Shown here: positions 57,144 through 64,000 of the stretch, piece after piece | Layout of the letters: every line of letters starts with the position of its first letter | How positions within the stretch are numbered: position 1 is the stretch's first letter | NCBI GenBank assembly: GCA_021199235.1 | Contig: JAJQIL010000072.1 | Coordinates: 1,806-65,805, forward strand | DNA from: Lachnospiraceae bacterium | Lineage (GTDB): Bacteria > Bacillota > Clostridia > Lachnospirales > Lachnospiraceae | DNA: 64,000 nucleotides | Direction: 5' to 3' | Made by a program: the position numbers and the translations under genes | The notes under the pieces: model-generated | Told to the model about the DNA's origin: nothing | Database searches by the model: none | Seen by the model: the letters and a program-made list of their open reading frames with translations, nothing else

Positions 57144-57165
57144 GTAACTGTGAAGGTAATGAAAA
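57144..57165. repeat. Half family-2 palindrome
   Basis: GTAACTGTGAAGGTAATGAA; right arm degenerate. Confidence 0.65.
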
Positions 57166-57277
57166 ATCGTGAGAAAACAGACAGAAACAGATATGAAAAT
57201 TTATCGTAAAAAACGCAGGAACCATTCGCTTAGTGACGCCTGATGATGTGTTGTCTTGCAAAAGGAGTGAACGAATC

Positions 57278-57928
57278 ATGGCAGATTATTATATCCAACT
57301 GCACCATGTACGAAAACGTTTTGGCACGGAGGAAGTCTTAAAACCACTGGATTTTGCGGTTGAACGGGGGAAAACATACGGAATCTGCGGAAACAATGGC
57401 TCCGGTAAAACTGTCCTGATGAAATGTATCTGTGGTTTTCTGCCGGTGACGGAAGGGCTGATCACAGTTGACGGGAAGCGGATTGGCTATGATGTAGACT
57501 TTCCGGAGAGCCTTGGGGTGATCATCGAGACACCGGGATTCCTTTCCAATTTAAGCGGGCGGAGGAACCTGGAAATTCTGGCAGATCTGCGCGGATTGAT
57601 CGGGCGAAAGGAAATTACGTCCGTACTTGTGCGTGTCGGCCTTGACCCGGAACTGAAAAAGCCGGTCGCAAAATATTCACTGGGGATGCGGCAGCGGCTG
57701 GGCATTGCACAGGCAATTATGGAAGAACCGGAGCTTCTGATCCTCGATGAACCGTTTAACGGTCTTGACCGCCATGGCGTTGCGGAGATCCGCACACTGC
57801 TGCTTGCTGAGAAGCAAAAGGGAAAAACAATCCTGCTTGCGAGTCATAACAGCGAAGATATTCGTATCCTTTGTGACCGGGTGTTTGAGATGGATGGCGG
57901 CATGATGCGGAGAGCCTCGCCATTATAA
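57278..57928 (+). CDS. ABC transporter ATP-binding protein
   Basis: GNNGSGKT, YSLGMRQR, LILDEP. Confidence 0.93.
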   Translation: MADYYIQLHHVRKRFGTEEVLKPLDFAVERGKTYGICGNNGSGKTVLMKCICGFLPVTEGLITVDGKRIGYDVDFPESLGVIIETPGFLSNLSGRRNLEILADLRGLIGRKEITSVLVRVGLDPELKKPVAKYSLGMRQRLGIAQAIMEEPELLILDEPFNGLDRHGVAEIRTLLLAEKQKGKTILLASHNSEDIRILCDRVFEMDGGMMRRASPL

Positions 57929-57989
57929 ATCGAGCTTCGCTCGATGGCTCGGCCTTCGTCCATGATTTGCTTCGCAAATCATGGACATG
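57909..57989 (+). mobile_element. Family-1 element copy G (supplies the ABC ATPase stop codon)
   Basis: GGAGA GCCTCGCC ATTATAA ATCGAGC TTC GCTCGAT GGCTCGGC CTTC GTCCATGATTTGC TTC GCAAATCATGGAC ATG. Confidence 0.88.
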
Positions 57990-58084
57990 TAATGAGGGAG
58001 ATTACAGAGAGTATAGAAAATCAGACGAAACCAGACAGAGAAATGTACTGGCGGAAAGTGCCAAAAGAATGGAGGAGGCGTTAT

Positions 58085-59947
58085 ATGAGCAGTGGTATGA
58101 ATACCATACAATACAGGATACTTGCAGCTTTCCTTGCGGTCATGTTTTTTGTTTCTGCCGAAGTTTCTTCCCACTCGATTGTTCTGGCTGATGAAGCGGT
58201 TGTGCTGGAACCGCAGGAAACAGAAAGTCTCACCACCGAACAGAAATTAAACCAAAATGACGAAGACCTCGCCATCGAGCAAAGCTTGATTCAGAATGGT
58301 GAGGCTCTCCAAATCGACAGTATTGGAGAGGTGTCTTCCTCCGATATTCAGGATTCCGTTTTGGAATCTGTAGATTCATCTGCTTATTCCAGCCAGACAG
58401 GAGCAGAAACGGTCTCCCTTTCCATTGATATGGATCATGTGTATGAAGGAATGGAACTATCTTATAAAGATGGATATGTTCCATCAATAAAAGAAAATAC
58501 AGTTTCTCTTGTAATTCCATTTGTGGCAGATACCCCGGTTGAGAATAACCAATTGACAGTGACTATGGAAACAACCTCTGATTCTCCTTTTGAAAAAGTG
58601 GAGTATAGGGAAGAAGTGTCATTACAGACATATCGGTTTGAGTCGGACGGCACTTTGGAAAGCGTGGACGCATATCTCTTTCAAGCCGAATTTACGCTTG
58701 CGGATGATTACCAGTCAGGGCAGTATCCGGTCACAGTGAAAGCGATCGCTTATTCTGCTTCCAGTGTGAAATCTGAGATGATTTGCCGAATGACAGTGAC
58801 CCTGGAATCCGATTCCCGGCAACAGACAGAGGGCGAGACAGAGCCTGATTCGGAATCTGAAGCAGAAAGCGAGACTGAATCCGAAACAGAATCCGAAAGT
58901 GAATCTGAAACAGAAACGGAGTCGGAATCTGAAACAGATTCAGATTCTTCATATGACGACGCATCTTCCGGTACCACTTATTACTCTTCTGGCGGCAGTT
59001 ACAGCAGCAGTTCCGGCAGCAGTGCGGTGAAACATCAGCCGCATATTTTGCTGGAGGAATGCTCGCTTAGCGGAGTTCAGCTTCCGGCTGGGGAGCAGAT
59101 GGACTTTACTGCAAGGTTTCAGAATACGAGTGATGACCAGACGGTGTACAGTCTGAAAATCACGGTAAATACAGCAGATGAGAATGTTGCGCTTTCATCA
59201 ACCTCTTATTATTATGATCAGGTAGCTCCGCAGGAAGTGATCACACTGGAAAACACGATTGCCGCATCAGCTGCAGCTACGCAAAAAGTTACTGCCTTAA
59301 GCTATGCTTTCGTGTATGAAACATCAGACGGAATCTCCTTAAGTGATTCGGAAGAACTGTTTTTTGACATCAGTCAGGAAACTCAGGTTTCTATCGAAGA
59401 TTTCAACCTGTCAGATTATGTGTACTCGCTGGAAACGGTAACTGCGACGCTGGAGATCCGTAATACCGGACGCAGCCCGGTTTACAATGTACAGGTATCG
59501 TTAGAAGCGGATGGACTCATCGCAACAAATACGGTCTATGCCGGAAACATGGAAGCAGGAACTTCCAGCGATGAGACGATTAAGATTTATGTCAGTAATT
59601 TAAACGATAAAGACGAATCATCGCAGGCAGAAAACTCCGATATCGCCAGTGCTGAGACTGCATATGGCTCCACGACAGGGCTGCTTACTCTTACATGGGA
59701 GGATGCTTATGGGACAGTTTACACCGAGACGCAGGAATTTACCACGACGATCGCAGCACCGCAGGTGGTGGAGCTTTCTGTTGAAGCAGAAGAAGAGAGT
59801 ACTTCAAACCAGTGGTGGGCAGTGACGATAGTAATTCTGATTTTGTTTTTCCTGATCCTGATTGCTGTACTTGTACGAAAACTTACAAGAAAACGCCGCC
59901 AGCTGGAAGATTTGCTTGCAACTATGGAAACTTTATCAATCGGATAG
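58085..59947 (+). CDS. Secreted acidic protein with CARDB/COG1361-like Ig folds and a C-terminal TM anchor
   Basis: Signal peptide; (ES/ET)n tract ~58835-58950; IRNTGRSPVYNVQV; C-terminal TM followed by basic residues; RBS GGAGG. Confidence 0.65.
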   Translation: MSSGMNTIQYRILAAFLAVMFFVSAEVSSHSIVLADEAVVLEPQETESLTTEQKLNQNDEDLAIEQSLIQNGEALQIDSIGEVSSSDIQDSVLESVDSSAYSSQTGAETVSLSIDMDHVYEGMELSYKDGYVPSIKENTVSLVIPFVADTPVENNQLTVTMETTSDSPFEKVEYREEVSLQTYRFESDGTLESVDAYLFQAEFTLADDYQSGQYPVTVKAIAYSASSVKSEMICRMTVTLESDSRQQTEGETEPDSESEAESETESETESESESETETESESETDSDSSYDDASSGTTYYSSGGSYSSSSGSSAVKHQPHILLEECSLSGVQLPAGEQMDFTARFQNTSDDQTVYSLKITVNTADENVALSSTSYYYDQVAPQEVITLENTIAASAAATQKVTALSYAFVYETSDGISLSDSEELFFDISQETQVSIEDFNLSDYVYSLETVTATLEIRNTGRSPVYNVQVSLEADGLIATNTVYAGNMEAGTSSDETIKIYVSNLNDKDESSQAENSDIASAETAYGSTTGLLTLTWEDAYGTVYTETQEFTTTIAAPQVVELSVEAEEESTSNQWWAVTIVILILFFLILIAVLVRKLTRKRRQLEDLLATMETLSIG

Positions 59948-60077
59948 GGGGAGTTTTCTCCCCATCCGCCGCGCGGGGCGCGGGCAGCAAAGCTGCCAAA
60001 ATTCCTCTCGCGCCCCTGCGCATCATAAACATCAGTGGCTTGCCACTGGCAGAAATAGAGAAAGAACAGGGAAAGCA

Positions 60078-60824
60078 ATGACAAAACAGAAACTAAATAA
60101 AAGAAAATATCTGCCATTTGTCAGCGCTGCGGTTTTCATGACTGGTGCAGCGGCTGCTCTGATTTTTCTCCTGGCACAGTTTGCATTGGAGCAATGGCAG
60201 GAACGGCAGACGTATATCCTTTCTGCCCGCCTGTCTTCACAGGAGATCACGAAGGAACTGTGTACATCTATGAGCCGTTTTACCGGTTTTGAAAAACTAT
60301 GGACCGTCATGGAATCTGAAGTCACCCTGATGGTAGGAGACTGGCAGATATCTACAACCCTGATGGGAGTTGATCTGGAGACGTTCCCATTTACACCGGT
60401 TCGCTCCGCCGGAGAAAAGAAGCTTGGTTCCACGCCGCTTCTTCTGGTTGGGGAAGAAATTTTTAACTCTATGACGGATGCAAACGGAACGGCGATTACC
60501 ACACGACAGTCGAAGATTTTAATAGAATCGATGGAAAGCCTGACAGCACAGATCGTATTGGAAGCTTCAAATCTTGCCAGCAGTTCAGGTTCAGCGGGCA
60601 ATTCGGACGGTTCCGGATATACGTCGGCGGATACAGCGGAATTTCTCGGCCTGGTATCCGGTGACGGGCTCTATATGGACGCGGATCAGATGCGCACATG
60701 GCTTGCTGGTCATGGGAGTTCTGTCTCTGTACATCTGGTCTGCCTGCAGATAAAAGGAAAGAGTAATGCCAAAACCGCAGAAAAAAGTCTCACAGATGCC
60801 GGGTTTCAGGTTGGAATTGAATAA
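60078..60824 (+). CDS. Hypothetical membrane-anchored protein, MacB periplasmic-core-like
   Basis: Single N-terminal TM; follows the COG1361-like gene. Confidence 0.5.
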   Translation: MTKQKLNKRKYLPFVSAAVFMTGAAAALIFLLAQFALEQWQERQTYILSARLSSQEITKELCTSMSRFTGFEKLWTVMESEVTLMVGDWQISTTLMGVDLETFPFTPVRSAGEKKLGSTPLLLVGEEIFNSMTDANGTAITTRQSKILIESMESLTAQIVLEASNLASSSGSAGNSDGSGYTSADTAEFLGLVSGDGLYMDADQMRTWLAGHGSSVSVHLVCLQIKGKSNAKTAEKSLTDAGFQVGIE

Positions 60825-60879
60825 AAACACGATTCTGTTAAAGGCTCATTTTGAACCTTTACCAAATTCATAGCGTCAA

Positions 60880-60906
60880 TGGTCTGGGTCAAATTGACCC
60901 AGACCA
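60880..60906. repeat. Family-3 palindrome
   Basis: TGGTCTGGGTCAA-A-TTGACCCAGACCA, perfect 13-bp arms. Confidence 0.85.
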
Positions 60907-61066
60907 AAATAGCCAAAATAGATTTGAAATGTTTGAGTTTGATCTTTTGGTACTTCCCATGGACTTGATTTCATGATATGATTCGGGCTGTGAAAGCGAT
61001 GCTGCTGTGGTAATTATTTCAGTGCTGCATACTTCCGCAAAACAGATTTGGGCACAGTTGGAAAAG

Positions 61067-61095
61067 CACTTCCGGGCGGTTTTGTTCATAGAATA
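61067..61095 (+). promoter_or_regulatory. Possible sigma-K/E-type promoter of sigK
   Basis: cACt-16 bp-CATAGAATA. Confidence 0.4.
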
Positions 61096-61131
61096 AAGAT
61101 AAACCGCAGTTTTTAGATCTGAGGTGCTTTT

Positions 61132-61761
61132 TTGAAAACATTTAAAAAGCCGCTGTCCCCGGAAGAAGAGAAAGAGTGTCTTGCACGATACCAGAAAGGG
61201 GATATGGCAGCCAGGAATCTGTTGATAGAGCACAATCTAAGGCTGGTAGCGCATGTGGCGAAAAAGTATCAGTCGCCGGAGCTGGATCCGGACGATCTGG
61301 TTTCAATCGGGATCATCGGGCTCATCAAAGCCGTGACGACGTTTGACTGCGAGAAGAATTCCAGACTGGGGACGTATGCGGCACGCTGCATTGAGAACGA
61401 GCTTTTGATGATGCTGCGGGCAAGGAAAAAATTGTCGCATGAGGTTTCCATGTACGAGAAGATCGGGACAGATCAGGACGGCAGGGAGCTGCGCCTGATG
61501 GATATCCTGGAGAGTGAGCCGGTCGATGTGGTCGGGAATCTGGAGACGCAGAAAAATATCAGGCAGGTGCGGGCAAATATTGAGCGTGTGCTGAATGAGC
61601 GGGAGCGGCAGGTGATCACGGAACGCTATGGACTGGACGGCAAAAAGGAGCGGACACAGCGCGAAATCGCGGCAGATCTGGGAATCAGCCGCTCGTATGT
61701 ATCCAGACTGGAAAAACGGGCGCTGGAGAAGCTGCGGGATGGGCTGAATATTCCAGAATGA
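61132..61761 (+). CDS. sigK: Sporulation sigma factor SigK-type, no pro-peptide
   Basis: TTG start after GAGGTG; PLSPEEE...LIEHNLRLVAHVAKKY, DLVSIGIIGLIKAV, RCIENELLM, TQREIA...ISRSYVSRLEKRAL. Confidence 0.82.
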   Translation: MKTFKKPLSPEEEKECLARYQKGDMAARNLLIEHNLRLVAHVAKKYQSPELDPDDLVSIGIIGLIKAVTTFDCEKNSRLGTYAARCIENELLMMLRARKKLSHEVSMYEKIGTDQDGRELRLMDILESEPVDVVGNLETQKNIRQVRANIERVLNERERQVITERYGLDGKKERTQREIAADLGISRSYVSRLEKRALEKLRDGLNIPE

Positions 61762-61812
61762 TTTTGCGCAGAATAGAAGCAAATATCGGAAGAAAACACG
61801 AGGAGGTACGAC

Positions 61813-62805
61813 ATGAAACTTTTATTTTTCGGAACAAAGAGCTATGACAAAAAGTATCTGCTTCCGTATATGGAGCAGGAAAAGTACGCGGACATTAAGG
61901 TGAAATTTATCGAGGCGGAGCTGACGCCGAACACGGCGATGCTTGCCAGAGGCTATGACGCGGTATGCGCGTTTGTCAACATGGACGTCGGCACACAGAC
62001 GGTCGAGCTGCTGAACGAGTGCGGTGTGCGCCTGATCCTGATGCGCTGCGCAGGTTACAACAATGTGGATCTGGAAGCAGCGAAAAAATATGGAATCCGT
62101 GTGGCTCACGTGCCGGGGTATTCACCGGAATCAGTGGCCGAGCACGCGATGGCACTGGCTCTGACTGCGAACCGTCATCTGCACAAGGCTTACATCAAGG
62201 TGCGCGAGAACAATTACAGCCTGACGGGACTTCTGGGTGTCTCTTTTTACGGCCGCACGGCCGGTATTGTCGGCACAGGCCGTATCGGAGCGGCAATGGC
62301 GCGCATCTGCCAGGGCTTTGGTATGCATGTGATCGCATATGATATGTATCCGAACAAGAGTCTGGATTTCGTGGAATATGTTTCTCTCGAAGAACTGCTT
62401 CGCAGATCGGATCTAATCTCTCTGCACTGCCCGCTCACGCCGGAGACCCACCATATGATCAACATCGACACGATCGGGCAGATGAAAGACGGCGTGATTC
62501 TGGTCAACACCTCCCGCGGCGGCCTGATCAAAACGGAGGATCTGGTGCGCGGCATTCGCGAGAACAAATTCTTCGCAGTCGGCCTGGATGTGTACGAGGA
62601 GGAGAACGGCACGGTTTATGAAGATATGTCGGATGAGATCATGCAGCATTCGACCGTAGCGCGTCTGTTGTCCTTCCCGAATGTTATCGTGACCTCCCAT
62701 CAGGGATTCTTCACAGAGGAAGCAATGCAGGCTATCAGCGAGACGACGATGGAGAACGCGCTGGCATTTGAAAAAGGCGAGAAGGGTCCGAACGAGCTGT
62801 TTTAA
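61813..62805 (+). CDS. ldhA: D-lactate dehydrogenase / D-2-hydroxyacid dehydrogenase
   Basis: RCAGYNNVD, YSPESVAEHA, GTGRIG, NTSRGGLI, GLDVYEEE, TSHQGFFT. Confidence 0.85.
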   Translation: MKLLFFGTKSYDKKYLLPYMEQEKYADIKVKFIEAELTPNTAMLARGYDAVCAFVNMDVGTQTVELLNECGVRLILMRCAGYNNVDLEAAKKYGIRVAHVPGYSPESVAEHAMALALTANRHLHKAYIKVRENNYSLTGLLGVSFYGRTAGIVGTGRIGAAMARICQGFGMHVIAYDMYPNKSLDFVEYVSLEELLRRSDLISLHCPLTPETHHMINIDTIGQMKDGVILVNTSRGGLIKTEDLVRGIRENKFFAVGLDVYEEENGTVYEDMSDEIMQHSTVARLLSFPNVIVTSHQGFFTEEAMQAISETTMENALAFEKGEKGPNELF

Positions 62806-63060
62806 AACTGTTTTGAAAGAGAAGGTTTTAAGCAGGTACCGGAATCTAAAGAAGCATCATTATTCGGAAAGATGAGAAAATCAGAATAAAGTATTCCGAA
62901 AACAAGATGGTAAAACAGATTGTCAGGACAGACATAGTAAACGACAAAAATGTCGTTTACTATGATTTGATGCACACGACCGCATATGGAATGGCTGCTT
63001 CGCAGCCTTGCGGTCGGCGCAAAGGGAAACGACTAATGTCGTTTCCTATAATAAACATGA

Positions 63061-63113
63061 AAAAGGCACGGATAAGCTTTGCTACGCGGCATTGCTTCCG
63101 TGCTTCTTTTTCA
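63061..63113. terminator. Probable bidirectional terminator
   Basis: AAAAAG-GCACGGA...TCCGTGC-TTCTTTTT. Confidence 0.55.
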
Positions 63114-63184
63114 TTTTGATTCAACATCGCAGCAAGTACGCGATCCGCCTGTGAATGTCAGCACACGAACCTGCTCTGGCCGGA

Positions 63185-63427
63185 TTACTCTCTGAACTCA
63201 AATAATTTGGCAATCGGGATCTCCAGCACGTCCGAGATATCGAACAGAAGCTCAAGTGAGACGGAAGTCGGCATATTGGGAGCCTCAATGTTGCTCAGGT
63301 GCGTGCGGCTCACATTGATCGCCTCAGCGAGCTGCAACTGCGTCATTCCATTCATTTTCCGATAATAAGCGATGGTAAGGCCGAGCTGGCGGTACTGCTT
63401 TTTTCTCTTTTCTGATACTGCTGCCAT
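63185..63427 (-). CDS. XRE-family HTH regulator
   Basis: YRKMNGMTQLQLAEAINVSRTHLSNIE. Confidence 0.9.
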   Translation of the reverse strand: MAAVSEKRKKQYRQLGLTIAYYRKMNGMTQLQLAEAINVSRTHLSNIEAPNMPTSVSLELLFDISDVLEIPIAKLFEFRE

Positions 63428-63713
63428 GAAAATTTCCTCCTTTGTTTGGCGGCATATGCTTTCAGACAGTCACTGCCGAAAGATACCGCATTGACTTCAT
63501 AACTATCCTGCACCATCACAGCAATGAGGCACTGTACGGAATCGTTATTTGACTTTCTATAGTTTAATTCCGAATACAAGAAACATAAACAATTATACCT
63601 TATGCACTGGCAAAATAAAAGAGTGCTTCAAAAATAATCTGTATTATTGAGTCAAATCGCGGCTGGATTTTTGTGTATTCCATACTTGCAGGAGTAAGCT
63701 TTAAAAAAAATAC

Positions 63714-63742
63714 TTGCAATTCAGGCCCGTATGCGTTATCAT
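63714..63742 (+). promoter_or_regulatory. Sigma-A promoter of the riboswitch leader
   Basis: TTGCAA-17 bp-TATCAT. Confidence 0.65.
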
Positions 63743-63759
63743 GTCGTCAGTTTAAGAGT

Positions 63760-63889
63760 GGTTCTTCGGGGCGGGGTGTGATTCCCCACCGGCGGTATAG
63801 TCCGCGACCCGCGCAAGCGGCTGATCCGGTGACGTTTTTTGACAGAATGAATTCCGGAACCGACAGTATAGTCTGGATGAGAGAAGAAT
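63760..63889 (+). ncRNA. FMN riboswitch (RFN element)
   Basis: TCTTCGGGGCGGGGTGTGATTCCCCACCGGCGGTATAGTCCGCGA...GATCCGGTG...ATTCCGGAACCGACAGTATAGTCTGGATGAGAGAAGA. Confidence 0.95.
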
Positions 63890-63920
63890 ACAAAGCGATA
63901 TTTTATATCGTGCGATTCTG

Positions 63921-63957
63921 CCGCGGAGATTTAAGAATGAATCTTCACGGTTTTTTT
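63921..63957 (+). terminator. Expression-platform terminator of the FMN riboswitch
   Basis: CCGCGGAGATT...AATCTTCACGG followed by T7. Confidence 0.75.
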
Positions 63958-64000
63958 ATGCGCAGAACCGGGCAAGGAAGCTTTGCGGCTAAAGCCGCAC

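Noticed and set aside
57944-58084. N-terminal extension of the 667-aa ORF
   Set aside because: Derived from family-1 copy G; GGAGG plus ATG 58085 and a signal peptide mark the real start
58835-58950. ES/ET tract as a DNA tandem repeat
   Set aside because: Codons vary; it is a low-complexity protein linker, not a clean VNTR
62907-63119. 70-aa ORF
   Set aside because: Runs through palindromes and a terminator; no RBS or recognisable domain
1-64000. tRNA, rRNA, intact transposase or integrase
   Set aside because: No matching sequence or ORF motifs seen by eye; a tRNAscan/ISEScan run would be needed to be certain

Overview
Firmicute DNA; the gene content resembles Lachnospiraceae (inference). 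Four blocks. (1) 1-30056: a large + strand surface-glycan locus. It encodes CDP-3,6-dideoxysugar enzymes (RfbG end, RfbH) with a YerE-like TPP enzyme and a reductase, two GtrA/GtrB-type lipid-sugar modules, and five GT-C-like membrane proteins, two of them fused to GLUG/ZmpB-like extracellular domains. It also encodes a Wzm/Wzt exporter, a coiled-coil/GT/methyltransferase fusion, GT4s, a pyruvyltransferase-family protein and an FrhB-like Fe-S protein. (2) 30.2-34.7 kb: TetR, FKBP PPIase, an orphan DnaK paralogue and pta. (3) 35-51 kb: an eroded accessory island with two AAA_14/DUF4143 ATPases (each preceded by a degenerate 33-bp-period array), RhuM, a run of fused gene fragments, SWIM-SNF2, RecQ, a broken AAA/PD-(D/E)XK gene and mobile-element remnants. 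(4) 51-64 kb: an OmpR two-component system with an ABC/lipoprotein operon and a shared direct-repeat box, sigK, D-LDH, an XRE regulator and an FMN riboswitch. At least three families of small palindromic repeats are scattered across the window. One is an ~80-bp covarying double-hairpin element with strand-specific GNA triloops that inserts into genes. No tRNA, rRNA or CRISPR array was seen. All family assignments come from reading motifs by eye, not from database searches.
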